The notes: generated from the letters alone by a model not told the origin. Shown: positions 13,425-27,491, counted from the first letter of the stretch. The stretch: 64,000 nt of DNA from Eledone cirrhosa (GCA_964016885.1 OZ024748.1:50840001-50904000), one strand, 5' to 3'. Numbers and translations are program-made.

Positions 13425-13656
13425 CACACACACACGAACACTCACACAGACAAACACACACACAGTCACGCACACACACACTCACACATACATACACACA
13501 CATATGCATACATATATATATATATATAATATATTAATAAATGGAAACTATATTTATTAATACATTGAATATTTACTCCAATAAACTGTTGAATGCTTTA
13601 TATCAGTTATAAACATTTTTAAGCTTGTTGATTCCCAACAAATTAAATATAACCTA

Positions 13657-13691
<35 letters not shown>

Positions 13692-13694
<3 letters not shown>

Positions 13695-13812
13695 ATATAG
13701 AAATGGCTTCTACAGGACTAGAACTGTTTCATTCGGGAGAAATTATCATACTCTGCTATGTATTGAGTATCTTACATAATGTGGTTACCCCCGATTGAAC
13801 CCGGGACAAAAT
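13692..13812 (-). mobile_element. Family C copy, core destroyed
   Basis: Homologous to 4063-4175 and 61461-61526; TA-flanked. Confidence 0.75.
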
Positions 13813-13814
13813 GT

Positions 13815-13852
<38 letters not shown>

Positions 13853-14526
13853 AGTGTGTGTGTGTATGTATATCTATATATATATATATATATACATTGT
13901 ATTTGAGCTGTGTATTTCAAACTGAATGTGTGTGTGTTTCCTTATTATTTAATACATTATGTAATCTTTCATTTCTCTCTATTTATATATTTGCCTAGAG
14001 TTCCACTTTGTAGTAGTAAAATAAAATTTACAATAAATTTTAGAAAATGCGGCTGAAAAAAAAAACACAACAATAACAACAACAATGAAGCAAAAACAAA
14101 CATTGATTGATTTCCATTGGGCCGCGAAGAGTTAAACGTTGTTTATCGCTTATTAAGCTTGTGACGCTTTTGTCAAGGAGGAGACCTTTCTCCCTTAACC
14201 GATTCTGAGATTGCATATGAAGTGGCAATGTCTGACTGCAAGCGACTTTCAAATTGAATGATTACCTTGTTTGTTTGGCAGTTAAACTTTATTTATTTGT
14301 TGATGTATTTATTTCCTCGAATTTGCTTTTTTTTTTTAAATTTAAATAGTTTCACTTTCGGTTTTAAAACAAAAATAAAATAGCTGTGCTTTGTGTCTGT
14401 GTGTCCGCCCTTCAAATGTTCCAAGTGCTTGCTTCCTATATTACATGGCATTGTCATAGATTGTACAATACAGATCTTTGCAGAACGGCCGCATATTTGC
14501 TGCTTCTACATCAGGAATTCTTACAC

Positions 14527-15265
14527 ATGTGTGTGTGTGAATGTGTGTGTGAATGTGTATGTGTGTATTTGTCTATGTGGATATGTGAGTATGTGTGTGT
14601 GTGTGTGGATGTTTGTGTATGTGTGAGTATGTATGTGTGTGGTGTGGATGTTTGTGTATGTGAGAGTATGTATGTGTGTTGTGTGGATATGTGAGTATGT
14701 GTGCGTGTGTGTGTGGATGTTTGTGTATGTGTGAGTATGTATGTGTGTGGTGTGGATATGTGAGTATGTGTGTGCGTGTGGATGTTTGTGTATGTGTGAG
14801 TATGTAGGTGTGTGGTGTGGATATGTGAGTATGTCTGTGTGTATGTGGATGTCTGTGTATGTGTGAGTATGTATTGTGTGGTGTGGATATGTGAGTATGT
14901 GTGTGTGTGTGGTGTGGATATGACAGTATGTGTGTGTGTGTGGATGTTTGTGTATGTGTGAGTATGTATGTGTGTGGTGTGGATATGTGAGTATGTGTGT
15001 GTGTGTGTGGATGTTTGTGTATGTGTGAGTATGTATGTGTGTGATGTGGATATGTGAGTATGTGTGTGTGTATGTGTGTGGATGTTTGTGTATGTGTGAG
15101 AATGTGTGTGTATGTGTGTGGATGTTTGTGTATGTGTGAGTATGTATGTGTGTGGTGTGGAGATGTGAGTATGTGTATGTGTGAGTATGTATGTGTGTGG
15201 TGTGAATGTGTGAGTATGTGTGTGTGTGTATGTGTGTGGATGTTTGTGTATGTGTAAGTGTGTGT
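14527..15265. repeat. GT-based compound minisatellite
   Basis: Recurrent gtggatgtttgtgtatgtgtgagtatg / gtggatatgtgagtatg units. Confidence 0.9.
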
Positions 15266-15506
15266 GTTTATATTAGTGTAGCTGTTCGTACATCTAGTTT
15301 ATATAGGAATAGTTATTACTATATATATACATGAAAACATGTGTGTATGTATATTGTATATGTGTGTGTGTATGTATGTGTGAATATATATTGTGTATGT
15401 ATGTGTGTATGTATGTGTGTATGGATATTGTATATGTGTATGTGTGTATGTATATTGTATATGTGTCTGTGTATGTATGTGTGTATGAATAGAAATACGT
15501 ATTCAT

Positions 15507-15855
15507 AAGAGTGTTGGACTGAGTGGAGGCACGTGGCCTAGTGGTAAGAGTGTTGGACTGAGTGGAGGCATGTGGCCTAGTGGTAAGATTGTTGGACTGA
15601 GTGGAGGCATGTGGCCTAGTGGTGAGGGTGTTGTACTGAGTGGAGGCACGTGACCTAGTAGTAAGAATGTTGGACTGAGTGGACGCACGCGGCCTAGTGG
15701 TAAGAGTGTTGGAGTGAGTGGAGGTACGTGGCCTAGTGTTAAGAATGTTGGACTGAGTGGAGGCACGTGACCTAGTGGTGAGTGTGTTGGACTGTGTGGA
15801 GGCACGTGACCTAGTGGTAAGGTGTTGGACTGAGTTGAGGCACGTGACCTAGTGT
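15507..15855 (+). repeat. 39-bp tandem array (9 units) derived from the SINE S1 tRNA head
   Basis: Unit agagtgttggactgagtggaggcacgtggcctagtggta matches the 5' end of SINE S1 at 28764. Confidence 0.9.
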
Positions 15856-16228
15856 GGACTTACGATCATAATGTCGTGGGTACGATTCCTGGACTGCGTT
15901 TTGTGTTCTTGAGCAAAACACTTCATTTCACATTGCTCCAGTATACTCAGCTGAAAATGAGTACCAGCAATAGCTGGAGGTTTAACCCCCTGCGATGGAC
16001 TGGCGTCCTGTCCATGGGGGTGTCTTGTACTCTCAGTCGCTTCACGCTATGAAACCGGGTTAAACACCGGCCAAATGAGCCTTCTGGCTTAAGACAGACT
16101 TAAACCCTGCGATGGACTGTTGTCCTGTCCAGGGGGTAGTCTTGTACTCTGAGTCGCTTCACGCCATGAAACCGGGATAAACACCGGCCAAATGAGTCTT
16201 CTGGCTTAGACAGACTTTAGACTTTTTT
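15836..16228 (+). mobile_element. tRNA-derived SINE family S1 (Meta-domain-like) with duplicated 3' half
   Basis: Near-identical to 28764-29048 and 43345-43627; ccctgcgatggactggcgtcctgtccaggg...agtcgcttcacgccatgaaaccggg segment is repeated at about 16104-16228. Confidence 0.85.
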
Positions 16229-16359
16229 TATAGATATTACACTGAGTGTGGTGTGTACTTTTGTACGTGTTCTATTGAATATATTTCCAGTGATAAACAT
16301 ACAGACAATAACACACACATGCATACGCTCAAATATGTATGTGTATGTAGCAGTAAAAA

Positions 16360-17260
16360 GCGGAGGATTGGCAGTGTCGGTAGAGCGTCGAACAACATAA
16401 TTTGCGGCATAGAGTTACGGCCATTTATATTCTGAGTTCAAATCCCTCTGAGGTTAGCTTTGCCTTTCAGTCTTACAGGGGTCGATAAATAAAGTACCAA
16501 TAATACACTGGGGGTCGATTGAATCGACTTTCTCCTCCCCTTTAAATTGTTGGCCTTGTGCCTAAATTAGAAACAATTATCATTATTGTTCATTAAGAGC
16601 GGTTGATTCGCAGTATTGGTAGAGGGTCAGACACCATGCTTTGCAGCATAGAGTTACGGCCATTTACGGTCTGAGTTCAAATCCCACCAATGTTAACTTT
16701 GCCTTTCGTCCTTACGTGGTCGCTTAAACAAAGCACCAGTAATGCACTGGGGTAATTGCTGGCCTTGTGCCAAAAGTATAAACAATTATTAGTATTATTA
16801 TTGCTGGATTTGTGCCTAAAGTAGAAACAATTATTATTATTATTGTTATATTGGCAGAATCGGTAGAGCGTCGGACTAGATGCTTTGTAGCATGGAGTTA
16901 CATCACTTTACGTTCTGAGCGAGGTTTTCTTTGCCTTTTGGCCTTACGGAGTGGATGAAATAATGTACCTGTAACGCACTTGAATCGATTTAATTCAGTT
17001 TCCCTTCCCCCTAAAATATTGGCCTTGTGTCTAAATCAGAAACAATTATTATTTAAACTTGTAAGGGTGATGGATTGACAAAATACTTTGTAGTATTTAG
17101 TTACAACCCTTTACGCTCTGGGTTCAAATCATGTCGAAGCTAGCTTTGTCTTATATCATTCAAGGGTCGATAAAATAAAGTATCATGAAATATTAGGTTC
17201 AGTTTAATAGCCTTTACTCTCCCTTCAAAATTGCTGGCTATGTGTCTATGTTAGAAACCA
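16360..17260 (+). mobile_element. Head-to-tail cluster of about 4 SINE S2 copies
   Basis: Repeated ttggcag..cggtagag..ctgagttcaaatcc..ggtcgataaa..gaaacaattatt units. Confidence 0.85.
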
Positions 17261-17510
17261 TCAATAAAAAATGTAGAAGCCATTAGAGGACCTGATAAAT
17301 ACTAGAAAGGTTTTAGTATAATTTCTGATTTCTGAAAGGCGCTAATTGAGAACATATTTAGGAGAAGGATTTGTACGTAATTACTGATAGAGTCGTAGGG
17401 GCTCCGTATTGTCATACGGCGTTTCTTGGCTATTTTAAGCCTGGCGGAGCCCATGACACTCCAGGAGGGATCTGATTGCAGCAGATTTCTCCCAGAGAAA
17501 GATAGAAAGT

Positions 17511-17541
<31 letters not shown>

Positions 17542-17574
17542 CGGAAATGAGAAAGAGATGCAGTGGAAGAATCG

Positions 17575-17730
17575 GCCCCAGAACTTGACTGGTCCTTTAT
17601 TTATCGACCTCAAAATGATGATAGGCAAAGTTAAACTCGGCAGGATTTGAAATCAGAGATCAGAGAACCAGAACGAATGACATACAGCATTCTATCCGAG
17701 GTTCTAGCGAGACTGCCAAATTCGCCGCCC
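17575..17730 (-). mobile_element. SINE S2 copy
   Basis: Reverse complement of the S2 core. Confidence 0.75.
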
Positions 17731-17781
17731 ATAGGAGAAGGGTACAGACAATTAGGTGTGCATTTGACAGCCTGAATCAGA

Positions 17782-18110
17782 CCTAGTTCTACGATATTAA
17801 GCAGCAGTGTTTACATTTATCTAAAAACTAACTGAAACATCATTGGTTCTATTATACTAAGCTGAATACATTACAATATACAATATATATATTTATCTAA
17901 AAAATCACCTAAAATTACCCCTGGATCTGGTACTAAGCTGTATTCTTTAAAATGTTAATACGTATCAAAAGAAAAACTAAAACTACCCTTGGCTCTAGGA
18001 TATTAAGTTGTGTACTTTAAAATGTTTATCTTTATCTAAAAGCAACCTTCAAACACTCCTGGTTCTATTATACGAAACTGTATACTTTACAATGTTTATA
18101 TTTACCTAAA
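17782..18110. repeat. Degenerate minisatellite, unit about 70 bp, 5 units
   Basis: Recurrent tggttcta..tactaagctgta..tttacaatg..tttatctaaaa. Confidence 0.7.
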
Positions 18111-18111
18111 G

Positions 18112-18420
18112 ACCGCACGATCGTAAGGTCGTGATTTCAATTTTCTAATGGCAAGATGTGTTGTTGAGTATGACAATATATTTCCCGTTGCTCCAGTCCA
18201 GTCCACTCATCTCACAAACAGATCTACCTATAATTCCATGAGCCAGACTTGTCACATAATGTATCACGCCAAATCTTCCCGAGTACTAGATTAAATTTGC
18301 ACGTGTCTGTGGAATATTCAGCCACTTAAATTTCACGAGCAGGTTATTCAGTTGGTCGAAATAACTAGAGCACTCGACGTCGGAACTGACGGAGGTCCTA
18401 CAACAACCACAATAACAACA
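18112..18420 (+). mobile_element. Diverged tRNA-derived SINE (same family as 28350-28632)
   Basis: cacgatcgtaaggtcgtg..tttcccgttgctccagtcca..cttgtcaca..cacgtgtctgtggaatattcagccactt with aac tail. Confidence 0.65.
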
Positions 18421-18796
18421 ACATAGCCACAGAATATTGAAACTGCCAGCATAGTTGCAGCTCTTTATTATTTAATATGACATTATTTTACTTAAAAGAT
18501 CGCCGTTACTAAAAACATTAATTGTTCCAGTGTAGCTTATATTATTAACTCTTCTTGAAAACATCACAATGTTTAAAGTGTGTTTTAAACAGAAACATCA
18601 TTATTAACGTCTCTCATTGAATTTTCTGAATACATTCTACTTATATACATATATATACTCACATACGTTCATATAAGTACCCAAACACACGCATATGTAT
18701 ATACGTGTTTTCGCAGTTATGATATATATACTTACAAAAGACACACTCACACACACACAAATATACTTACTTACATACATACACACACACACGCAC

Positions 18797-18858
<62 letters not shown>

Positions 18859-18879
18859 ACACACACACACACACACACG

Positions 18880-18937
<58 letters not shown>

Positions 18938-19287
18938 CTTTATTGATGTCACTTCTAGTAATTATAAGGAATAAAAGCAACGGTTCTGGCCATTGTATTT
19001 CTTCCTTAGATATTGTTCGCAGTCTCGACAATGAAACAACATTGATCAATGAAAGTAGCTTTAGAAAGAGTCATCTATACGGTAAAGTTTCTAGGACAAA
19101 ACAAATCTATTAAAACAGACTCTAAGAGTACGTATTTTTCACTTAATATATATTTAGATATAGATATACACACACACACATATATACATATATATATATA
19201 TATATATCAATTTATATATATATCTATATCTATCTATCTATCTATCTATCTATATATATATATATATATACTTATATGTATATATAC

Positions 19288-19319
<32 letters not shown>

Positions 19320-19337
19320 ACTTATATGTATATATAC

Positions 19338-19407
<70 letters not shown>

Positions 19408-20382
19408 ATATATATATTTAATACATACGTTCTTTAGTTTTGGCGCGTATAGAAAACTGATGTATTATTTACCCTTCAACAAAAGTTAAATATATTGAGG
19501 TTGGAAAATTGAATTTTCTAATTAGATAAACCAAATATATAAATAAGGAAATAAATGAATGTACACATATATAAATTTAAAAATAATATGCAAACAAAAT
19601 TAAGAACAAAAAGGTTACAAAATAAAAAAAAGAATACAATGGCAAAACCAAATACAAACACAAAGGAATATTTTAATGTAAAGCTTAAAATAAGGAGTAA
19701 ATGAATACAAAAAGAGATAAAAATTCTATTGAAAACTGTTTTGTTTCTTCAAAATTATTATTAGGTTCTCTTAATAGAAATTGTCATTAAATTTATCTAA
19801 AAATACATTGAATGTTATAATAAATCAATAGAAGAAACATATATATTGTGTATGTAATGTTCATATATTGACAGTATTTCTATCTAACATTAACTTTCCA
19901 TATGTAGGTTTATGCTATGAATTCATACAAAGAATTCACTTGCTATAAATCTTTTGATAATTTCGGTTGCATTATTGTAAAGACTTGCATAATTTAATAT
20001 GTTTACGAATAATTCAAAAAGGGTTTCTGTTAATTCTCTTATTTATGCAACTAAATAGAATTTGCAATCAATATTCTAAAATATTGGCGTCTTTGATTAG
20101 CTACAAAAGCTGTGGATTTAGAAAAATAGGAAATAAGAATCTGTGACGTTGATGCCTTTACTATTGGAACAACTAGCAGTGTAGTTTGCTAGAGTTCATA
20201 GACATTACAATGTCTGCCACTATATGGAACATCACTTCCCAAAACCCAGACATATGTATAAAAGACTGGAATTCTTCTATATTTCAACAGTAACCTAAAA
20301 GCGCTATCACCCATATTTAGCCGAAACAGAAATACAACACACACACGCACACACACACATACACACACACCCACACACACAC

Positions 20383-20466
<84 letters not shown>

Positions 20467-20468
<2 letters not shown>

Positions 20469-20662
20469 AGGAAAAAGTCAGGACTCCGACGGCTGAGCTC
20501 CGGCCGTTTCCACAGCTAGATCGTGTTCGGATTTAGCTGTCGAAACGGTTGGAGCTCAGCCGTCGGTGTCCTGACTCTTTTCCTATTGCCCACTCTACTA
20601 CCCTAAGTATCGAGTACTCTGGTGCGTTATGGTCAACCTGGTTTCTTTCCACACTTTCTTTG

Positions 20663-20724
<62 letters not shown>

Positions 20725-20906
20725 CGAAGGAGTTGTGGTAAGGAACCATAACGCACCAGAGTACTCAATACTAAGGTAGTAGAGTTGGTAATAGGAAAAA
20801 AGTATGACACCGACGGCAGAGCTCAAGCCGTTTCGACGGCTATTTCTGGAAATAGTCCAGAAATAACTGTAGAAACGGCTTGAGCTCTGCCGTCGGGGTC
20901 ATACTT

Positions 20907-20910
<4 letters not shown>
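20467..20910. mobile_element. Two family B elements tail-to-tail around (TA)n, each capped by a fold-back palindrome at hammerhead stem II
   Basis: 20467-20586 and 20795-20910 are each palindromic; 20533-20665 and 20722-20845 are inverted homologues. Only the GAAA-stem III-GUC half of the ribozyme remains. Confidence 0.85.
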
Positions 20911-20949
<39 letters not shown>

Positions 20950-20951
<2 letters not shown>

Positions 20952-21150
20952 CTACGACTACTACTACTAAAATCTGTAATTGCTTGCTTGCTTGTCTGTA
21001 ATGTAATACACCCAAAAAAGGCGTATAATGTGAAAATACTTTGAAAGGAAGTTGACTCTGAAATGGGCATACAAATGGAATAAAATAAGTTTCACGTAAA
21101 TCGGACCACGGGTTCCCGAGGTATGGGCTTTTTGCGGGTACCTTCATAGA
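20950..21150 (+). mobile_element. Possible non-autonomous Helitron-like fragment
   Basis: ctactactaaaatc start, tetranucleotide ttgc/gtct run and aagtttcacgtaaatcggaccacgggttcccgag resemble recalled Helitron-derived repeats; termini not verified. Confidence 0.3.
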
Positions 21151-21382
21151 CAGAGAGAGAGAAAGATAGAAACAAAAAATAGTCGTTGTGAGAGAGTAGA
21201 GATTAAAAGAGACATAGAGAGAGGGAACGGAGACAGAGAAGAAGAATGGAAAAGAGCTTGAGAGAGCGGTGGTGGCGCTCTTGTGTGTATATATATATGT
21301 GTGTGTCTATGACCAGAGTATATAGATCACAGACACCCACATATATATACACACACACACATATATATATATGTATACACAC

Positions 21383-21458
<76 letters not shown>

Positions 21459-21586
21459 GGCCCTTCCAGTTTCATTTCACATTATGTGCATGTCTGTATA
21501 TATTTTAATTATTTAAAAAAATAATTTTTAAGTGAACATGACCCAACTGGTCTAGCATATACATATATATATATATATACATATAC

Positions 21587-21683
<97 letters not shown>

Positions 21684-21684
21684 C

Positions 21685-21777
<93 letters not shown>

Positions 21778-21788
21778 TGTATGGATGC

Positions 21789-21955
21789 AGTAAAAACCAG
21801 TTATGTCATTACTCACCAGAGTACTCAATTCTTGGGGTAGAGGAGTGGGTAATACGAAGGATTCTGGACGCCGACGCGTGAGCCCCTACCATTTCTTCAA
21901 CTAGATTTTGCTATTGAAACGGTAGGACCTCAGCGTTCGGGATCTCGAATCCTTC
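21789..21955 (-). mobile_element. Older family B-related copy with fold-back palindrome (21856-21955)
   Basis: caccagagtactcaat..ggtag..gagtgggtaata shared with family B; imperfect inverted repeat gaaggattc...gaatccttc. Confidence 0.7.
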
Positions 21956-21979
21956 ACATATATATATATGTGTGTGTGT

Positions 21980-22045
<66 letters not shown>

Positions 22046-22829
22046 AGTGTGGGTGTGTGTATGTGTGTGTATGCGTATGCGTGTGTGTGTGTGTTTATGT
22101 AGACATGAAAGAAAGAGCTGCAACATAACTATTAACCTCATTGGTTAAAAACAGTCTATCGGGATGGCCACCACCAAAGGAACAGTGAGTGTTACAGTTT
22201 AACCGATGCCACCTTACCGGCTTCCACTGTTTGGAGATCATGAAAATTGTCACATTTATAGATTAATACTGTCATATAGATATTAAAAAAAAAAATGAAA
22301 TGTTTATACCTGGAACCCCATTGATAACAGATCAACTCAGTGAGGGCTAATTTAGAGCTAGCCAACTACAACGACAGGAGCAGCAATAACATACACAAAC
22401 ACACTTCAATATATGTACGCCCACACAAACATATGCATATATATATAATATACAGGGACACACTCTCGTGCATTCTCACACATATATCTATCTACATTAG
22501 TTTTTACCTTAATACCTTTAATATATGTTGTGTTCTAAAATGAATATCTGTTATTTAATTAATTATGTCGCCGAACGAAGGCACGTCATTTGAGTTAGAA
22601 TGGCCATTTCAGATATAATCTAGATCCTGTTTAACATTTATAATGATGTCTCTGTAAACAGTATTATGGGGGTAGTTATCTCGATGATGAGACAACAATC
22701 TCTTGAATGCTTACAGATAATCTCTCATATTTTTCTTTTCACTGCGATAAATCAATTTAAAAAAAAATTAGCAGTATCTAAATTGAATTTACATAATCTA
22801 CCTAACGAACTTACACATACACACATATG

Positions 22830-22974
<145 letters not shown>

Positions 22975-23023
22975 TATATAAATATATATATATATATAAA
23001 TATATATATATATAAATATATAA

Positions 23024-23075
<52 letters not shown>

Positions 23076-23351
23076 TATGTCAACACATGAGCAAGTATGT
23101 ATATAAACATATATATTGTGAGAAAGAACGTGCGTATGTGTAAGTATGGCTAAGGATCTATATATGTGTAGTTTTGGCAAGTTAAATAATTAACTAGGTG
23201 GCCCGAGACGTAGATAAGTAGAGTTATAGATCGATAGATAGTGTGATATATAGGTATAGTAAGTCAATAAATGGACAGTTAACAGACTGATATTTAGATT
23301 GATTTATCGAAACACACACACACACACACACAAACACATGTATATGTATAT

Positions 23352-23395
<44 letters not shown>

Positions 23396-23540
23396 ATATA
23401 CATATATAAATATATATAAATATATATATATATATCTGTCAACACAGGAGCAAGAATGTATATAAATATATATATATATACACATACATATATACACATA
23501 TATATCTATATATAATGTGTGCCTATAGATATATATGTAT

Positions 23541-23588
<48 letters not shown>

Positions 23589-23651
23589 GTATATATGTAT
23601 ATATGTATATACATACTTATATATAAATATATGTATATATAACTGTACATA

Positions 23652-23684
<33 letters not shown>

Positions 23685-23742
23685 GTAAATATATATATAT
23701 GTATATATATAGTGAGAGAAAGGAGGGGAAGCTATATGTATG

Positions 23743-23773
<31 letters not shown>

Positions 23774-23869
23774 TCATTCATAGTGTGACATTTGGATAGA
23801 ACAACAGATAAACTGATATCTTAGAAAGGTTAATAGATCAAACGATAATTATATAGATGTTTGTGCACA

Positions 23870-23927
<58 letters not shown>

Positions 23928-24003
23928 AATATATGTCTGTATATATATATATATGTATATATATATGTATATATACATGCCAATATATATACATACATAC
24001 ATA

Positions 24004-24040
<37 letters not shown>

Positions 24041-24828
24041 ATTCTTGATAGAGGCATACATTCATTGATCGGTTGATTGAATGAATGATGGATAATTGAT
24101 TGATAAACAAATGTAAAAAATAATATTAAAGATGGCTGACATTGTGATAGGAAGAAAACTACTAGCCAGACATATAGACAAGTAGACAAGTAGACGGGGC
24201 TTTGATTAGTTGACAGATAGATATTATTATAACATTTCGTCGATCAGTAAATCGTATATAGATAAGTGAGCAGATATGTTTTACGAAAAACGATGAAAGA
24301 ACGAAATGAGAATTAAATATTAAGAGTAAGTAAGGGGAGTGGAACATAAGACTGAAAAAATGAAAAGAAAAGAAGAGAAAAGAAACAAAGTTAGGAAAGA
24401 TGAGTACTATTGGACAGAAAGCTTCGGGCAGGGAAACGCAATATTGAAAGCATAGTCAGAAATACTGATGTGGAGAAGAACAAAGGTTTCAAGGAGAAGC
24501 CTTTCGGGTAAAAACTCAAGAACTTATTATGATATTATGGGAAGATGGACACATATAGATGCCTAGCGTGCGTAACAATATTTTAAAGGAGTTTAAAAGA
24601 GGAGAACCTTTTAAGCTAGGAGTACGTGTAAAGAAAAGGTTACGTTAGGAAGCATCGAATCACTTAAGTGGAGGAACAAGAATCAAATGCATAATTATTG
24701 TGCTACTAAGCATGAAATTTTAAACGAACGGCCTCTCTCAGTCAATAAAACCTAGATTGTGTAGCAGAGAGAATGAGGGAGAGAAATAGAGGGAAAAAAG
24801 AAAGGGAGATGGAAATAAGGGGATGGAG

Positions 24829-24866
<38 letters not shown>

Positions 24867-24947
24867 ACAAAGAATGTGATGCTATAAGAAAACCGAGAAA
24901 TTGTGAGAGAGAAATATAAGGTGAGAGAGAAATATATATATATATAT

Positions 24948-25015
<68 letters not shown>

Positions 25016-25411
25016 AGAGAAAGAGAGGGGAAGATATATATATATATATCCAGACAGAGAGAGAGAGAAAGAGAGAGAAAAATTAAGAAGGTTAAGAGAA
25101 GGAAATAGAGATTTACTGTTTAAAAAACCCCCACTTCTTCCCTCTCCTCGCTCGTGTGGTGTGTATAAAATTTTCCTTAAATAGCTTTTAATAAAGTTAT
25201 GCCAAGCGTTTTCCAAATAACTTCCTTAAACTATGGACGGAAATATGCCGCCAGCGTTAATCCTGCAACATATCCCATAAATCTTGAAGCAACGAGCTTT
25301 TCACAAAATCACAACTAAAACCTAGATTGGCTCATTAATTTTTATATGATGTTTGCTTTTATCAATAATTAGGAAATGATGAAGTTGCTAACTTAACACA
25401 TTTTTCTACGT

Positions 25412-25447
<36 letters not shown>

Positions 25448-25465
25448 ACGTACTTGTCGCTTAGT

Positions 25466-26605
25466 GATGTTGTTGCTGCTGTTGTTGTTGTTGTTACTAT
25501 TGTTGTTATTAATGTCGCTATTTGTGTTGTTATTGAAGTTTTTTTGCTATTGGTGTTATTGGTGTTGTTGTTGTTGTTACGGTTATTGTTATTGATGTTG
25601 CTATTGGTGTTGTTGTTACTGTTGTTGTTGTTGTTGGTGTTGCCATTTATGTTGTTGTTATTGTTGTTCTTGTTGATGTTGGTATTGGTGTTGGTGTTGT
25701 TGTTACTGTTGTTGTTACTGTTGTTGGTGTTGGTGTTGCTATTGGTGTTGTTGTTATTGTTGTTCTTGTTGATGTTGCTGTTGGTGTTGTTGTTACTGTT
25801 GTTGTTGTTGGTGTTGCCATTTATGTTGTTGTTATTGTTGTTCTTGTTGATGTTGCTATTGGTGTTGTTGTTACTGTTGTTGTTGTTGATGTTGCTATTG
25901 GTGTTGTTGTTACTGTTGTTGTTGTTGATGTTGCTATTGGTGTTGTTGTTACTGTTGTTGTTGTTGGTGTAGCTATTGATGTTGTTGTTACTGTTATTGT
26001 TGTTGATGTTGCTATTGGTGTTGTTGTTACTGTTGTTGTTGTTGTTGGTGTTGCTATTGATGTTGTTGTTACTGTTATTGTTGTTGATGTTGCTATTGGT
26101 GTTGTTGTTACTGTTGTTGTTGTTGGTGTTGCTATTGATGTTGTTGTTACTGTTATTGTTGTTGATGTTGCTATTGATGTTGTTGTTACTGTTGTTGTTG
26201 TTGATGTTGATATCGATGTTGTTGTTACTGTTGCTGTTGTTGATGTTGCTATTGACGTTGTTGTTACTGTTGTTGTTGATGTTGCTATTGCTGTTGTTGT
26301 TACTGTTGTTGTTGTTGATGTTGCTATTGATGTTGTTGTTACTGTTGTTGTTGATGTTGCTATTGACGTTGTTGTTAATGTTGTTCTTGTTGATATTGCT
26401 ATTGATGTTGTTGCTACTGTTATTGTTGTTACTGTTGTTACTGATGTTGTTATTGATGTTGTTACTGTTGCTATTAATGATCATGTTACTGATGTTTTTC
26501 TTACTCACGTTGCTGTTACTATCATTGTTGTTGCTGATGATCTTATTACTCATGTTGTTGTTAATGCTGTTATTTTACTATTATTGCTGCTGGTGTGGTT
26601 GTTAA

Positions 26606-26637
<32 letters not shown>

Positions 26638-26675
26638 TAAATGATACTGTCACTATTATTAGTTTGTTGTTGTTG
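25466..26675. repeat. (TTG)n-derived minisatellite with 27-33 bp higher-order units
   Basis: gttgctattg(g/a)tgttgttgttactgttgttgtt units; explains the poly-N and poly-L ORFs. Confidence 0.95.
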
Positions 26676-26744
26676 TTTTCTAAATCTATTTTTGTTTACA
26701 AAAATATTTCCGCTGATGATTAAAAAGATCACGATGACTAGTTT

Positions 26745-27160
26745 TGTGGTATTTAGTTATGGATTGTTTAGGGTCAAATCCCGCCATGGACATCTTTTAC
26801 TTTTATCCTTCTGGGGTCAATTTAATCCACTTTTCTCTTCCCCCAAATTAATGGCCTAACACGGTCATCATCATCATCATTAATATTTTTACTATGGCCC
26901 TTTCCGTTCTGAGATCTAATCTCACCTAGGTTAGTTTTGTCTTTCATCCTTCTGGGTCGATTTAATTGATTTTCGCCTGCCCTAAAATGTTTGGCCTTGT
27001 GCCTAAATCAGAAGGCATTATTACGGCTCTTTGCATTCTGACTTCAAATCCCGCCAACATTAGCCTTGTCTTTCACCCTTCGCTCGATAAAATGCAGCAC
27101 TACTAACGCGATGGGGTCGATTTAATCGACTTTCCCCTCCTCTCACAAATTGTTGAGATT
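26745..27160 (+). mobile_element. Three degenerate SINE S2 fragments
   Basis: caaatcccgcc..tttcatcc..gggtcgatttaat motifs. Confidence 0.65.
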
Positions 27161-27166
27161 ACATTT

Positions 27167-27228
<62 letters not shown>

Positions 27229-27344
27229 AAAGTGAGGTTTTTTTTTACAAAATGAAAAATCACCGAGGTGTCCTACACGAGTGGAAGTATAAAGAAAAAG
27301 AGATGAAGATGTGAGAAAAACCACAGATCCTCCATCTCAACTCA

Positions 27345-27382
27345 CCTTTTGAAAAGCAGAAGAACTGCGAAACCGGTAAAGG
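27345..27382 (+). ncRNA. Minimal type I hammerhead, U3-A8 core variant (third family)
   Basis: CCUU-UUGAAAA-GCAG/aagaa/CUGC-GAAA-CCGG-UA-AAGG: every stem perfect, palindromic ACCGGU, GUA triplet; inside a TA-flanked island of about 235 bp. Confidence 0.8.
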
Positions 27383-27452
27383 AACCAAATAAATATATAT
27401 ATTTTAAAAAAAAATAAGACTTCAGTTGCATTTTCGATTTCATCTCTTTTTC

Positions 27453-27491
<39 letters not shown>

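Noticed and set aside
15507-15855. CRISPR-like regular array
   Set aside because: No unique spacers, the unit is a SINE head, eukaryotic context and no cas genes.
19850-20330. Possible decayed Penelope-like coding remnant on the minus strand
   Set aside because: Only scattered motif-like residues with many stops; cannot be supported without a translated search.
25393-26605. 386-aa Asn-rich and Leu-rich ORFs
   Set aside because: Translations of a TTG-derived minisatellite, open on both strands because the repeat lacks stops.
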